The notes: generated from the letters alone by a model not told the origin. Positions 18,853 through 30,852 are shown, counted from the stretch's first letter. The stretch: 64,000 nt of DNA from an uncultured delta proteobacterium (GCA_963729715.1 CAVSPA010000009.1:31907-95906); one strand, 5' to 3'. Program-made: numbers and translations.

Positions 18853-21108
18853 ATGAAGATCAAGACAAGATTGAAAGTGAATTCCTTTGTTAATCTGAGC
18901 ATGCTTTGTCTCGTAATGCTGTCTGTTGGCTGGTCTCTATGGGTGGCGTCCAAAGCCAGTCAGGATGCGTCTCTTCTTACGCGGATGGAGCAAGTGAACT
19001 TTGAACGAGCGCTCATAAGGGACGACTACTTGCTGCATCAGGAGAAGCGCGCCGTTAATCAGTCGAGAGTGAAGGCTGAGGAATTCAAGCTATTGTTGAA
19101 AGAAGCCAGGGAGAGGTTTACGAAACCGTCTGACCGGGCGCTTCTCGAAGAAATAGAGGAAGCTGACAGCGCGGGTACATCTATATTCTCGAGACTACAT
19201 GAGATGCGTATAAAAATGGCAAATAAAGGGCAAAGAGATATCCTTCATTCCGCGGGAGAAAGCAGGCTCGTCGGTCAGTTGATGGTGAGAAGCTACGCCC
19301 GTGCCCATGGTATCGGCAGGCTTCAGGAATCTGTCAAAAAAGCGTCGGCTACAGCCTATCAGAGATCAGTTTTTCTTATAATTACGTTGATGGTTGTTGC
19401 GGTGATTATCACCATCGCCAATACAGCAGTAATCAGCAGAAACCTGGCAAAGCGCATTACTATACTCCTTGAAGGGACTGAGATCATAGGCGCGGGCAAT
19501 CTGGACTATCATATTCACATGGAAGGCGATAATGAGCTTTCGAGCCTGGCAAGGGCATCCAATAAAATGGCCGGCAAATTGAAAGAATCCCATACATCCG
19601 TGGAGAATTTATACAAGGAAATAGCCGAGCGCAAGCGGGCCGAGGATGAGATTCGCGCTACGCTCTATGGCATCGGAGACGGCGTAATCGCCACGGATGC
19701 TTCGGGCCATGTCAAACGCATGAACCCCGTAGCCGAAACTCTGACGGGTTGGAGCGAATCAGATGCCTTGGATAAGCCTCTTTTACAAATCTTCCGTATC
19801 ATCAATGAGGAGACGCGCCAGCCAGTCGATAACCCGGTGAATCGGGTAATCCGCGAGGGGCTGGTGGTGGGTCTGGCAAACCATACTTTGCTTGTAGCAA
19901 GTGACGGCACGGAGCGGCCAGTCGCTGACAGCGGCGCACCCATCCGTGATGCAAACGGTGTTATCACCGGCGCAGTCCTGGTCTTCCGCGATCAGACTGC
20001 CGAGAGGGCGGCGGCGGCGGCACTGAGGAAAAGCGAAGAGAAATATCGGGACATCGTTGAGAACGCTATTGAGGGTATCTACCAGACGAGCACCTCCGGG
20101 CAATACATATCTGTCAATCCCGCTTATGTTCGGATGCTCGGATACGAGTCTGCCGATGAATTGATGTCGAGCATCGCGGATATCTCTAAGCAATTCTATG
20201 TTGATCCCAGCGAACGGGCCGAGCTCCTCGCTCTTCTCACCGAGCATGGTTCTGTATCCGGCTTCGAAATTCGGGCCTATCGCAAGGATAAAAGCATCAT
20301 AAATTTAGCCGTGTCCACCCGTGCAGTTAAGGATGAGAAAGGAAACTTTATCTGCCTGGAAGGCATAGTGGAAGACATCACTGCACGCAAAGAGGCGGAG
20401 AAAGAGCTTCGTCGGCTGAATGAAGACCTTCTCCGCTCCAACAGAGAGCTTGAGCAGTTCGCCTATGTAGCATCACACGACCTGCAGGAGCCGCTCAGGA
20501 TGGTGTCGAGCTACACACAGCTTCTTGCCAAACGATACGAGGGCAAACTCGATCAGGATGCCCATGACTTCATCCACTTCGCGGTAGACGGCGCCAACCG
20601 TATGCAGCGCCTCATCCATGACCTGCTGGCCTATTCCCGCATCACTACCCGCGGGAGCCCGTTCGCTCCTGTCGATTTGCATGAAGCGCTGGGGGAGGCC
20701 TCAGCAAACTTACAGACTGCGATTAGCGAATCCAGCGCGATGGTGACCAACGGCGAACTGCCCACGGTAAATGCCGACCGTACTCAGCTTGTGCAGGTCT
20801 TCCAGAACCTGGTTGGAAACGCGATCAAGTTCCGGAAGAAAGATGAGCCGCCGCGCATACACGTCGCCGGCGAGAGAGCAGGCGCAGAGTGGATTATCTC
20901 GGTGAAGGACAACGGCATCGGGATCGACCCGCAATACTTCAACCGCCTCTTCACCATCTTTCAGCGCCTGCATGGAAAACAAGAATACCCCGGTACCGGA
21001 GTTGGCCTCGCGATCTGTCAGCGGATCATGACGCGCCACGGAGGGCGGATTTGGGTGGAGAGCTCACCCGACGACGGCGCGACGTTTCGCTTCACGATGA
21101 AGGCGTAA
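18853..21108 (+). CDS. Membrane sensor kinase (TM-HAMP-PAS-PAS-HisKA-HATPase)
   Basis: Two TM segments, HAMP, FAYVASHDLQEPLR, NLVGNAIKF, GTGVGLAIC. Confidence 0.93.
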   Translation: MKIKTRLKVNSFVNLSMLCLVMLSVGWSLWVASKASQDASLLTRMEQVNFERALIRDDYLLHQEKRAVNQSRVKAEEFKLLLKEARERFTKPSDRALLEEIEEADSAGTSIFSRLHEMRIKMANKGQRDILHSAGESRLVGQLMVRSYARAHGIGRLQESVKKASATAYQRSVFLIITLMVVAVIITIANTAVISRNLAKRITILLEGTEIIGAGNLDYHIHMEGDNELSSLARASNKMAGKLKESHTSVENLYKEIAERKRAEDEIRATLYGIGDGVIATDASGHVKRMNPVAETLTGWSESDALDKPLLQIFRIINEETRQPVDNPVNRVIREGLVVGLANHTLLVASDGTERPVADSGAPIRDANGVITGAVLVFRDQTAERAAAAALRKSEEKYRDIVENAIEGIYQTSTSGQYISVNPAYVRMLGYESADELMSSIADISKQFYVDPSERAELLALLTEHGSVSGFEIRAYRKDKSIINLAVSTRAVKDEKGNFICLEGIVEDITARKEAEKELRRLNEDLLRSNRELEQFAYVASHDLQEPLRMVSSYTQLLAKRYEGKLDQDAHDFIHFAVDGANRMQRLIHDLLAYSRITTRGSPFAPVDLHEALGEASANLQTAISESSAMVTNGELPTVNADRTQLVQVFQNLVGNAIKFRKKDEPPRIHVAGERAGAEWIISVKDNGIGIDPQYFNRLFTIFQRLHGKQEYPGTGVGLAICQRIMTRHGGRIWVESSPDDGATFRFTMKA

Positions 21109-21141
21109 TCAGCCGGCAATGAATAAGAAAGGAGCAATGAT

Positions 21142-21597
21142 ATGGATAAGTACACCGAGGGCAAGCCCATCGATATCCTTCTGGTGGAGGACAATGAGGG
21201 CGACGCGCGCCTCGCGAAGGAAGCGATGCGCGACAGCAAAGTCAGGAACACTCTTTTCCACGTGCCCGATGGCGTGGAGGCCATGGCTTTCTTGCGCAAG
21301 GAGGGCAAATACGCGAAAGCACCGCGGCCAGATCTCATATTGCTTGACCTCAATCTGCCCAGGAAGGATGGGCGCGAGGTACTCGCAGACATCAAGGACG
21401 ATAAGGATCTCAAGCGAATCCCCGTCGTCATCCTAACGGTCTCGAACGATGAAGCCGATGTCATCAAGACTTACAATTTGCACGCCAACTGCTATATTAC
21501 CAAGCCCATTGACCTCGGGCAATTCATCAAGGTCGTGAGATCCATCGAGGATTTTTGGCTTACGATTGTGAAGCTTCCCGACGGTCCCCAAACGTGA
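21142..21597 (+). CDS. Rcp1-like single-domain response regulator
   Basis: [32 protein letters not shown]. Confidence 0.92.
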   Translation: MDKYTEGKPIDILLVEDNEGDARLAKEAMRDSKVRNTLFHVPDGVEAMAFLRKEGKYAKAPRPDLILLDLNLPRKDGREVLADIKDDKDLKRIPVVILTVSNDEADVIKTYNLHANCYITKPIDLGQFIKVVRSIEDFWLTIVKLPDGPQT

Positions 21598-21607
21598 GGT
21601 AAAAGCG

Positions 21608-23698
21608 ATGAACCCGCGTAAGATCCGTGTACTGCTTATTGAGGATAACCCGGGAGACGCCCGTCTCGTAAGGGAGGTGTTAAGCGAAACGCCGGAAATC
21701 GGCATCCACGCTGTTGATCGGATATCCCTCGGCATTGAATACCTAATATCCAACCAGACGGACGTCGTGTTGCTTGACCTCGGGTTGCCTGACAGCCAGG
21801 GGCTTAACTCCCTGCGCGTCGTTTATGACGCCGCCCCTCACGTACCGGTCGTCGTCCTCACAGGACACGACGACGAGACGGTCGGACAGACGGCTATCCG
21901 GCAGGGCGCTCAGGACTATATAGTCAAGCCGGTAACGCAGGGACGGGCGCTCGCGAGGATTTTGCGTTTCGCTGTTGAGCGTAAGATATCTGAGGAGGAA
22001 CTGCGCGCGGCCCATGATCGTGCGGAATGGCTGGCGCGGTTTCCCGAGGAAAATCCCAACCCCGTCCTGCGTGCGTCTATCGATGGAATCATTCTCTATT
22101 GCAATCCGGGATCAATGAAAATACGGGGGTGGGAGTATAAGGATGGCCAGAGACTCGCTGACCCTGTCCTTCCCCTTTTCGAACAGTCTATCACCGAAGA
22201 ACAGGCTATAGCGCAGGACATAGAGATTGGCGGACGGTTTTATTCCATTGCGATCAAGCAGATTCCTGAAAAAGGCTACGCCAACATTTATGGCACAGAC
22301 ATCACCGAGCGTAAGTGCGCCGAGCTCCGGGAACAACTCGCACGCGAGGTACTGGAGATTCTGAACCATCTTGAGAGTCCTACGCAACCAATCCGCGACA
22401 TCCTGCAGCTGATAAAGAATAGTACAGGTTTTGAAGCCGTGGGCATCCGTCTCCGGGAAGGCGATGACTTTCCGTATTATGAGGCCAATGGCTTTTCCGA
22501 GGACTTCATTCAGTCTGAGAGGTATTTGTGCGAATGTGACGAAGAGGGAAAGATCATTCGTGATGAACAGGGGCACCCCGTACTGGAGTGCATGTGCGGA
22601 AACATCCTCTGCCTCCGGACAGATCCCGCGTTACCCTTCTTCACCGAGAGGGGTAGCTTCTGGACTAACAGCACCACGGACCTTCAGGCCTCGATGACTG
22701 AGGAGGAACGTCAGGCGCGAACCCGCAACCGCTGCAACGGCGAGGGTTACGAATCCGTGGCGCTCATCCCACTCCGCTCAGGCGAAGAGATCATCGGGCT
22801 TCTTCAACTCAATGACCGCCGCCGCGACCGGTTCACATTGAAAACGATTTGTTTCTTCGAAGGGTTAGCTGCCAGCATCGGCATCGCGCTAGCCCGCAAG
22901 CGGGCGGAAGAAGAGGTAAAAAAATATTCGGTGGAATTGACAGAAAAAAATGAAGAGCTTCGCGCCATGACGCAGCAGCTCTGGCAGGCGGCAAAGCTGG
23001 CAACTATGGGAGAACTCGCGGCAAGCGTGGCCCATGAGCTGAACAATCCGCTGGCCACAATCAGCCTGCGTATTGAATCATTGCAGGAAAGGATGGCGGC
23101 GAATAACCCCGATGGACATTCTCTTGAGATAATCAAAAAGGAAATCGAACGAATGGCAATTCTGATTGCAAACTTGCTCCAGTTCAGCCGTCGCAGCCAG
23201 CAGCAGATATCAACGGTGGATATCTGCGAAGAGATAGAGAAGGCCCTGGAACTGATTTACTACCACCTGCGTAAGCAGAACATCGTCATCCGGCGGGAGT
23301 TCCCGAAAAAGGCGCCGCGCATCCATGCGGACCGTGAGCAATTGCGGCAATTATTCTTGAATCTGTTTACCAATGCTAGCGACGCTATGCCTAGTGGCGG
23401 AACGCTTACGATTAAAGTGACTGCACCGCCGGAATCCCAGCAGGTCATGATGGAAGTTGCTGATACGGGCACGGGTATTTCCCCTGAGATTTTGCCGAAA
23501 GTGGCGGAACCGTTCTACACCACAAAACCGGAAGGGAAAGGCACGGGGCTGGGATTGGCAATATGCCGGCGCATCGTGCAGGAGCATAACGGGGCTTTCG
23601 ATCTTACAAGTGAAGGTATTCCCGGCAAGGGAACGACAGTGCACATTTCGTTGCCTGTTACGAACGGGACGAATTCGGCCGGACTGAAAAATGAATGA
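21608..23698 (+). CDS. Hybrid kinase REC-PAS-GAF-HisKA-HATPase
   Basis: REC N-terminus; Cys-rich GAF (LECMCG, RNRCNGEGYESVALIP); AHELNNPL; GTGLGL. Confidence 0.9.
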   Translation: MNPRKIRVLLIEDNPGDARLVREVLSETPEIGIHAVDRISLGIEYLISNQTDVVLLDLGLPDSQGLNSLRVVYDAAPHVPVVVLTGHDDETVGQTAIRQGAQDYIVKPVTQGRALARILRFAVERKISEEELRAAHDRAEWLARFPEENPNPVLRASIDGIILYCNPGSMKIRGWEYKDGQRLADPVLPLFEQSITEEQAIAQDIEIGGRFYSIAIKQIPEKGYANIYGTDITERKCAELREQLAREVLEILNHLESPTQPIRDILQLIKNSTGFEAVGIRLREGDDFPYYEANGFSEDFIQSERYLCECDEEGKIIRDEQGHPVLECMCGNILCLRTDPALPFFTERGSFWTNSTTDLQASMTEEERQARTRNRCNGEGYESVALIPLRSGEEIIGLLQLNDRRRDRFTLKTICFFEGLAASIGIALARKRAEEEVKKYSVELTEKNEELRAMTQQLWQAAKLATMGELAASVAHELNNPLATISLRIESLQERMAANNPDGHSLEIIKKEIERMAILIANLLQFSRRSQQQISTVDICEEIEKALELIYYHLRKQNIVIRREFPKKAPRIHADREQLRQLFLNLFTNASDAMPSGGTLTIKVTAPPESQQVMMEVADTGTGISPEILPKVAEPFYTTKPEGKGTGLGLAICRRIVQEHNGAFDLTSEGIPGKGTTVHISLPVTNGTNSAGLKNE

Positions 23699-23723
23699 CC
23701 GAGGCAAACGTTAGGAGCAAAGG

Positions 23724-26099
23724 ATGACACAGACGAATCCAAACCACAAGGTGGGCCGCCTGATCATCGTTGATGATGAAGCCGAATTAATGACTGCTCT
23801 ATCTGAGATTCTAACCAACCATGGGTATGAAGTTGCAGGGTATACAACGGGTGCCGAAGCCCTGACGAAGCTTAAGGAGCAGGACTTCGATCTGTTGCTG
23901 ACAGACCTGATGATGCCCGAAATGGATGGAATTGAACTGCTTCAAGCCGCTTTCGTGATTGACCCGAACATTGTCGGTATTGTCATGACCGGGCAGGGAA
24001 CAGTGCAGACGGCGGTGGAAGCCATGAAGACCGGCGCATTTGATTACATCATGAAGCCGTTTAATTTGAACACTCTCCTGCCGGTGCTGTCGCGAGCCAT
24101 GGCAGTACGTCATCTGAGAACAGAAAACATTCAATTACGGGAAACCGTGGCGATGCATGAACTTGGACAGGCATTGGCATTCACTTCGGATTTGAACCAG
24201 ATACTGGATAAAGTGACAGACGCTGCGCTGCAACAGTGCGATGCGGACGAGGCGTCTATTATGCTGCCGACATCCGATGGCAAAGAGCTTATTATTGCCG
24301 TGGCGCGCGGCGGGCATGCAGAACACATAGGAAAAAGAATACCGGTAGGACAGGGTATCGCGGGATGGGTGGCTCATAATCTAAAGCCCGTTACTCTGAA
24401 TGGAGAGGTTCATGACAAACGTTTTACGCCGATCAACCCAAGGGCTGACATACATAACGCGATTTCCCTTCCGCTGCTCGTAGGGAACAGTTTAGTCGGT
24501 GTGTTGAATGTCAGTATCATCCGTTCCCACCGTCCTTTCACATTGGGGCAGATCAAGGCATTGGGACTGCTGGTCACCATCGCATCCTCCATTATTGAGA
24601 ATGCACGGCTGTCTGCCGAGAAAAAACGGGCGGAAGATCTCTACAGAACCCTGGCCGAAGATTCTCTTGCCGCTGTCTTTATAGTGCAGGATGGGAAATT
24701 TTGTTTCATTAACGCTGCCGTTGCGTCCATGGGTTATTCTCCGGGAGAGCTCATAGGACGTGATTCTGATGCTATCATTCACCCCGAAGACAGGGATATC
24801 GTGAAGAAGATGGGCCGCGAGATGCTGCGGGGAGAACACACCGCGCCTTTCGAATACAGGATCGTAACCAAGCAGGGACAGATCAGGTGGTTAATGCAAA
24901 TTGTATCTCCCATCCTGCATGAAGGAAGGCCGGCTATACTGGGTAATGCCACAGATATCACCGAGCTCAGGAGGGCGGAGGAGGCTTTAAAAAAAGCGCT
25001 TAATTTCCGGCAACAGTTGATTGATGCACTGCCGGTGCCGGTATTTTACAAGGATTCAGCGTGCGTATATCTGGGATGCAACAGAGCCTTTGAACAATTT
25101 TTTGGACAGAAAAGAAAAGAGATTGTCGGCAAATCGGTCTACGATATTTCGCCGAAGGAACTTGCTGATATCTATCATGAACAGGATCTGGCTCTGTTGC
25201 AAAGTCAAAAAATACAGATTTATGAATCTTTAGTAAAAGACGCAGGTGAAGTTGTTCATAATGTGATCTTCCACAAGGCAACATTCCCCGAAATGGATGG
25301 TTCAGTTGGTGGTTTGATTGGGGCCATTCTGGATATCACCGAGCGCAAGCGGGCTGAAGAAGAAATCAAGAAACTAAACGCCGAACTGGAGCAACGTGTC
25401 ATTGACCGCACGGCGCAACTGGAAACCGCCAACAAGAACCTGGAGGCCTTCTCCTATTCTGCTTCTCACGACCTGAGGGCGCCGCTGAGGAGCATCGAGG
25501 GGTTCAGCCAGGCCCTGCTGGAAGAGTATCATGAGAAACTGGGCGAAACAGGGAAGAATTATCTGAATCGCATCCGCAAGGCGACGCAGCGCATGGGCTT
25601 TCTAATCGACGACCTGCTGAAGCTCTCACAGGTGACCCGGTCCGAGTTGCGCTGTGAATCGCTTGATCTGAGTAGCATAGCCCGGGAGATTTTTGAGGCG
25701 ATACAGCAGAGCGGCCCCCAGCGAACCGTCGATTTGGTTCTTCAGGAGGGGGTTGTCGCCCGGGGCGATTCCTACCTGATGCAGATCGCTCTGCGGAACC
25801 TGCTGGACAATGCCTGGAAGTTCACCAGCAAAGAGGTCCGGCCCCGGATCGAATTCGGAACGACGGTCAAGGATGGAGAAATCGTCTATTCTGTTCGGGA
25901 CAATGGCGTGGGGTTTGACATGGCCTATGTGGACAAGTTGTTCGGCGCTTTTCAGCGCCTCCATGCCAAGGAGGAATTCACCGGGACAGGGATAGGCCTG
26001 GCGACGGTTAAACGCATCATTACCCGCCACGGTGGATATGTCTGGGCGGAGGGAGAGGTCGGAAAAGGGGCGACATTTTACTTTACGCTGCCCCTGTGA
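23724..26099 (+). CDS. Hybrid kinase REC-GAF-PAS-PAS-HisKA-HATPase
   Basis: [25 protein letters not shown]. Confidence 0.92.
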   Translation: MTQTNPNHKVGRLIIVDDEAELMTALSEILTNHGYEVAGYTTGAEALTKLKEQDFDLLLTDLMMPEMDGIELLQAAFVIDPNIVGIVMTGQGTVQTAVEAMKTGAFDYIMKPFNLNTLLPVLSRAMAVRHLRTENIQLRETVAMHELGQALAFTSDLNQILDKVTDAALQQCDADEASIMLPTSDGKELIIAVARGGHAEHIGKRIPVGQGIAGWVAHNLKPVTLNGEVHDKRFTPINPRADIHNAISLPLLVGNSLVGVLNVSIIRSHRPFTLGQIKALGLLVTIASSIIENARLSAEKKRAEDLYRTLAEDSLAAVFIVQDGKFCFINAAVASMGYSPGELIGRDSDAIIHPEDRDIVKKMGREMLRGEHTAPFEYRIVTKQGQIRWLMQIVSPILHEGRPAILGNATDITELRRAEEALKKALNFRQQLIDALPVPVFYKDSACVYLGCNRAFEQFFGQKRKEIVGKSVYDISPKELADIYHEQDLALLQSQKIQIYESLVKDAGEVVHNVIFHKATFPEMDGSVGGLIGAILDITERKRAEEEIKKLNAELEQRVIDRTAQLETANKNLEAFSYSASHDLRAPLRSIEGFSQALLEEYHEKLGETGKNYLNRIRKATQRMGFLIDDLLKLSQVTRSELRCESLDLSSIAREIFEAIQQSGPQRTVDLVLQEGVVARGDSYLMQIALRNLLDNAWKFTSKEVRPRIEFGTTVKDGEIVYSVRDNGVGFDMAYVDKLFGAFQRLHAKEEFTGTGIGLATVKRIITRHGGYVWAEGEVGKGATFYFTLPL
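24118..24985. repeat. 868-bp near-identical duplication (GAF-PAS), copy 1
   Basis: Matches 31455-32322; about four substitutions seen, near 24520-24550. Confidence 0.92.
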
Positions 26100-26146
26100 A
26101 GTTTGATACTCAAAGTAAACCACTCATTTTTTTAGGTGAGAAAACC

Positions 26147-26596
26147 ATGAAAGAGAAAATTATTCTGCTGGTGGAGGACGATCCCGATGATGTGGATTTG
26201 ACGATTCGGGCCTTCAAGAAGAACAATATCCTGAACAAAGTGATTGTTGCGAAAGACGGTGTGGAAGCCCTGGATTACCTTTTCTGCACGGGCACGTATG
26301 CCGGGCGGAATGTGAAGGAAATGCCCGTCGTCGTCCTGCTGGATCTGAAGCTGCCAAAAATAGACGGCTTGGAGGTTCTGAGAAATATCCGTCAGAATGA
26401 GATCACCTGTCTGCTTCCAGTTGTCATCCTGACCTCCTCGGCAGAGCAGAAGGACCTGATCGACGGGTACAGCCTGGGCGCCAACAGTTATATCCGTAAA
26501 CCTGTTGAGCTTGACCAGTTCGTGGAGGCCGTGAAGCACCTTGGGCTTTACTGGCTTCTCTGGAATGAACCGCCTCCAATGGGAAAGCGAGGATAA
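26147..26596 (+). CDS. Rcp1-like single-domain response regulator
   Basis: ILLVEDDPDD, LLDLKLPKIDG, GANSYIRKP, YWL. Confidence 0.92.
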   Translation: MKEKIILLVEDDPDDVDLTIRAFKKNNILNKVIVAKDGVEALDYLFCTGTYAGRNVKEMPVVVLLDLKLPKIDGLEVLRNIRQNEITCLLPVVILTSSAEQKDLIDGYSLGANSYIRKPVELDQFVEAVKHLGLYWLLWNEPPPMGKRG

Positions 26597-26601
26597 AGAA
26601 G

Positions 26602-28770
26602 ATGAGCAAGCCACTGCATGTTCTCATGATTGAAGATTCGGAAGACGACGCCCTGCTGATGCTCCGTGAACTCAAGAAGGGCGGCTATGAGCCGTTGTAT
26701 AAGCGCGTGGAGACCGCCGAGACCATGAGTGCCGCCCTGAAGGAAAAGACCTGGGACGTGATCCTCTGCGACTACCAGATGCCGCAATTCAACGGTCTTG
26801 CGGCCATTGCCTTGTTGAAGGAAACCGGTATCGACATTCCCATCATTATTGTGTCCGGCGCCATCGGTGAAGAGACGGCTGCTGATTGTATGCGGTTCGG
26901 CGCCCATGACTATGTGATGAAGGGCAACCTGTCGAGGCTTGTTCCTGCCACAGAACGGGAGCTGAAAGATATCTTGGTGAGACGGGCGCGAAAGCAGGCA
27001 GAGAAGGAGTGGGAAAATATTTTTCAGGCGATTGCGCATCCCACGCTTATCCTTGATCCCACACACGGCATCATAGCCGCAAACAAGGCGGCTGTGTGCG
27101 CCTCCGGCATGTCTCGAACAGATCTTATCGGTAGACAATGCTATGATGTCTTTCACGGCAAGGATGGATGTTCCCCGCCTCCGGGATGCCCCGTGGGAAA
27201 ATTGCTTGTTTCGGGCCAAGCCGAAACGTTAGATGCGGAAATGGAAACGTTGGGAGGCGTGTTCCTCGTTTCCTGCACTCCTATCCATGATCAGCAGGGC
27301 CGTGTAGAAAAAATAATACATATAGCGATGGACATCACCGAGCGCAAGCGGGCAGAAGAAGCACTCCGCTCTTCAGAGCGGCGTCTGTCTGACATCATAG
27401 AATTTTTTCCTGATGCCACGCTGGTCATTGACAATGAGGGAAAGGTCATTGCCTGGAACCATGCCATTGAGATCATGACCGGGGTCAAAGCAGAGGACAT
27501 GCTCGGCAAGGAAAATTATGAGTATGCCGTTGCCTTCTATGGAGAGAGAAGACCGACCCTGATTGACATTGCCCTTCATCCGGAACTGGAAAGAGAGAAA
27601 TCCTATACCAACTTTGAACAAAAAGGAGACATTCTTTTCGGCGAGTCCTACGCCCCCGGCCTGTTTGGTGACGATGTTCACCTTTCGGCGACGGCTTCTG
27701 TCCTGAGGGATGTCAGGGGTAAGATTGTTGCGGCCATCGAGTGCATCCGAGACGATACCGAACGCAAACAGGCGCAGGAAGATCTTAGCCGGGCCGAGGC
27801 TGAGTATCGAAGCATTTTTGAAAATGCCCAGGAGGGTATCTTTCGGATAACCCCCGAAGGACAATTCATTACCGCCAATCAGGCCATGGCGGAGATGTTG
27901 GGCCATGACTCCCCCCGGGAGCTTTTCAGTGCCATCACCGACATTTCCCGTCAGCTCTATGTAGATCCGAGAGACCTTGAAGCGTTAAAGGAGATGATTA
28001 AGGGGTACGGACCTCTAAAAGGATATGAAACTCAACTTTACCGGAAGGATGGCAGCACAATTTGGATATCCCTGAACATGAATAGTGTCCATGATGTGGA
28101 GGGCAATGTCAACTGTTATGAAGGTATGATGGAAGATATAACTATGAGAAGAAAGGCGGACGAGGAACGTAAATACAATATCGAAAAGTTACGGAAGGTG
28201 TTGGGAGGCACTGTCAAGGCAATTGCTAATACCGTTGAAATGAGGGACCCATATACAGCGGGTCATCAACGGAGAGTATCTGATCTTGCCCGTTCCGTCG
28301 CAGTGGAAATGCATCTTTCAAGCACTCAGATCGACTGCATGCGCGTGGCGAGTATAATTCATGATATCGGGAAGATTTCAGTGCCCGCGGAAATTCTCAG
28401 CAAGCCAAAAAGATTAACCGACGCGGAATTCAGCCTGATAAAAACACATTGTCAGTCAGGGCATGACATATTGAAGGATATTGAGTTTCCCTGGCCCGTA
28501 GCGAGGATAATTCTGGAACATCATGAGAGGATGGATGGTTCCGGGTATCCGGGTGGGTTAACCGGAAAAAACCTGCTTGTCGAATCCCGGATTCTGGCGG
28601 TTGCCGATGTGGTGGAAGCTATTGCTTCACACCGTCCATATCGGCCTGGCCTGGGCATCGATGCTGCATTGGATGAAATTTCGAAGAATAAGGGAATCCT
28701 TTATGACGCGGAGGTCGTGCATGCCTGTTTAAATCTATTCCATGAGAAAGGATATACACTGCCGGTCTGA
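26602..28770 (+). CDS. REC-PASx3-HD-GYP c-di-GMP phosphodiesterase
   Basis: RDPYTAGHQRRV, HDIGK, HHERMDGSGYP, HRPYRP. Confidence 0.93.
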   Translation: MSKPLHVLMIEDSEDDALLMLRELKKGGYEPLYKRVETAETMSAALKEKTWDVILCDYQMPQFNGLAAIALLKETGIDIPIIIVSGAIGEETAADCMRFGAHDYVMKGNLSRLVPATERELKDILVRRARKQAEKEWENIFQAIAHPTLILDPTHGIIAANKAAVCASGMSRTDLIGRQCYDVFHGKDGCSPPPGCPVGKLLVSGQAETLDAEMETLGGVFLVSCTPIHDQQGRVEKIIHIAMDITERKRAEEALRSSERRLSDIIEFFPDATLVIDNEGKVIAWNHAIEIMTGVKAEDMLGKENYEYAVAFYGERRPTLIDIALHPELEREKSYTNFEQKGDILFGESYAPGLFGDDVHLSATASVLRDVRGKIVAAIECIRDDTERKQAQEDLSRAEAEYRSIFENAQEGIFRITPEGQFITANQAMAEMLGHDSPRELFSAITDISRQLYVDPRDLEALKEMIKGYGPLKGYETQLYRKDGSTIWISLNMNSVHDVEGNVNCYEGMMEDITMRRKADEERKYNIEKLRKVLGGTVKAIANTVEMRDPYTAGHQRRVSDLARSVAVEMHLSSTQIDCMRVASIIHDIGKISVPAEILSKPKRLTDAEFSLIKTHCQSGHDILKDIEFPWPVARIILEHHERMDGSGYPGGLTGKNLLVESRILAVADVVEAIASHRPYRPGLGIDAALDEISKNKGILYDAEVVHACLNLFHEKGYTLPV

Positions 28771-28834
28771 TATTCATATTAACGAAATGCAGAACACGAA
28801 TGTCCCATCTATCGGGCGTGAAAATATGTGCTCA

Positions 28835-28907
28835 ATGTCATTTCGACCGATTAGGGAGAAATCCTTATTCAAGATTTCTCAGTCACTCCGTTCCTTCGAA
28901 ATGACAT
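28835..28907. repeat. REP/MITE-like nested palindrome
   Basis: ATGTCATTTCGA...GAGAAATC...GATTTCTC...TCGAAATGACAT; partial related copy at ~10935-10960. Confidence 0.65.
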
Positions 28908-28977
28908 GCCAAATCATGAATCGATAAGCGGTGTTTTACAACCCCGCCTGAATCGAGTTTTATTCGGGAGATTATTG

Positions 28978-30852
28978 ATGTCACCGTTTGGCTTTAAATC
29001 AAAAGGAACATTTCGCTACCCATGGCTGATATTCTCTACGATTCTTCTGTGTATCGTAGTCAGCGCAGGATGGTTTGCGACGGGTTATTTAGGCGAGAGG
29101 GCCAGGCGGGAAATCATCAAGGATAACGAATCAGCAATAGCATTACTATCAGCCCACTTGACGAGTGAAATGAACAAAATCGAAGGGGCAGTGAGGTCTC
29201 TGTCAGGTTCTCCCTGGATAGCGCCTGCGCTAATTCCCCGTACGGATATAGATATCGCTCACGCAAACTCTGCCTTAGACCGTTACAATGCAGCGATAGA
29301 TGCCTCTGTCAGTTTTCTTATGGATAGCTCCGGCATGACCATCGCCTCTTCCAACCGCAATGCCCGGGACAGCTTTGTAGGCACATCTTATGATTTCCGT
29401 CCCTACTTCACACAGGCGATGAACGGGAACCATGGCCGATATTTTGCCCTCGGTACGGTCTCCTTGAAGAGAGGCTTTTATGCAAGCTGTCCTGTCAGGG
29501 ACAACAGCGGCACAATAGTTGGCGTTGTCACAATGAAAAAGGACCTCGATGAGGCAGCAATCCTTCTGCGCAATTACCCGTACTGCTTCTTTGTCCATCC
29601 GCACGGCATAATTTTTCTCTCCGGCAAAAAGGAATTGCTCATGAAAAGTCTGTGGCCGATAAATCAGGAAATACAACGGGAATTGCTTGCAGCCAAACAG
29701 TTCGGTGAAAAACCGTTTGAAGCAATCATGTCGCAGGAAGTTACTGACGGAATGTATGTTACGCTCTACGGAACCAATTATCTTGTTTCACGCAAGGTCA
29801 TCAATCCTGAAGGATGGTCCATCGTGCTCATGGCGCCAACGGATAGGATTCTCATATATCAGTCAGTTGGTGTGATTGTGACATTATTGATATGCACTTT
29901 TATAATAATACCGCTCATAATCACTTATAATACAGCCAGATCAGCGGAAATCGTAAGGGAAAGTGAAGAACTTTACAGAACCCTGGCAGAGAAGTCCTTC
30001 GCCAGCGTTTACGTAGTCCAGGATGGTAAATTTTGTTTCCTCAACTCCAACGCCGTAGCCTACAGCGGTTATACCATGGAGGAACTGCTCAATAAGGACA
30101 CGACGGGTATTGTACATGCCGAAGATAAAGAGGAGTTGAAGAATAATGCCGCAGAGATGCTTCGTGGAACACGCACATCCCCTTATGTATTCAGAATAAT
30201 AACAAAAGAGGGACAGACCCGGTGGATCATGGAAACGGTAACGTCAATCATCTGGGAGGGAAAGCGGGCAATTCTCGGGAACTCTATGGATATTACAGAA
30301 CGTAAGAAGATGGAGGAGGGGCTCATTACCTTATCGATAACTGACCTGCTTACGGGGCTGTATAACAGAAGGGGATTCATAATGTTTGCGGAACAGCAGC
30401 TGAAACTATCCAACAGGAGCAAAAGGGGAATGCTGCTCTTCTTCACCGACCTGGACGGCATGAAATGGATTAACGATACGCTGGGACATGAGGAGGGAGA
30501 TAAGGCTCTCATAGAAGCAGCAACTGTCCTTAAAGACACCTTCAGATCATCCGACATCATAGCACGCATGGGAGGCGACGAGTTCGCTGTCCTTACCATC
30601 GATACCACGGACATAAATCCTGAAATCATTACTGCCCGGGTGCAGAATCTCATTGACATACGTAACCGCCGAGAAAACCGGAGATATACACTTTCCATCA
30701 GTGTAGGCTCCTCCTTCTACGATCCTGACAATCCGTGTTCGATTGATGAACTCATGGCAGAGGCGGATAAATCAATGTACGAGCACAAAAGAAGTAAAAA
30801 ATCATGCGGCGTCAGCAGCAATTACACGCTGCCAGCTGATGTATTGTATTAA
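28978..30852 (+). CDS. Diguanylate cyclase (TM-Cache-like-TM-PAS-GGDEF)
   Basis: RPYF Cache-type motif, DLLTGLYNRRG, RSSD I-site, GGDEF; start may be 28906. Confidence 0.92.
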   Translation: MSPFGFKSKGTFRYPWLIFSTILLCIVVSAGWFATGYLGERARREIIKDNESAIALLSAHLTSEMNKIEGAVRSLSGSPWIAPALIPRTDIDIAHANSALDRYNAAIDASVSFLMDSSGMTIASSNRNARDSFVGTSYDFRPYFTQAMNGNHGRYFALGTVSLKRGFYASCPVRDNSGTIVGVVTMKKDLDEAAILLRNYPYCFFVHPHGIIFLSGKKELLMKSLWPINQEIQRELLAAKQFGEKPFEAIMSQEVTDGMYVTLYGTNYLVSRKVINPEGWSIVLMAPTDRILIYQSVGVIVTLLICTFIIIPLIITYNTARSAEIVRESEELYRTLAEKSFASVYVVQDGKFCFLNSNAVAYSGYTMEELLNKDTTGIVHAEDKEELKNNAAEMLRGTRTSPYVFRIITKEGQTRWIMETVTSIIWEGKRAILGNSMDITERKKMEEGLITLSITDLLTGLYNRRGFIMFAEQQLKLSNRSKRGMLLFFTDLDGMKWINDTLGHEEGDKALIEAATVLKDTFRSSDIIARMGGDEFAVLTIDTTDINPEIITARVQNLIDIRNRRENRRYTLSISVGSSFYDPDNPCSIDELMAEADKSMYEHKRSKKSCGVSSNYTLPADVLY

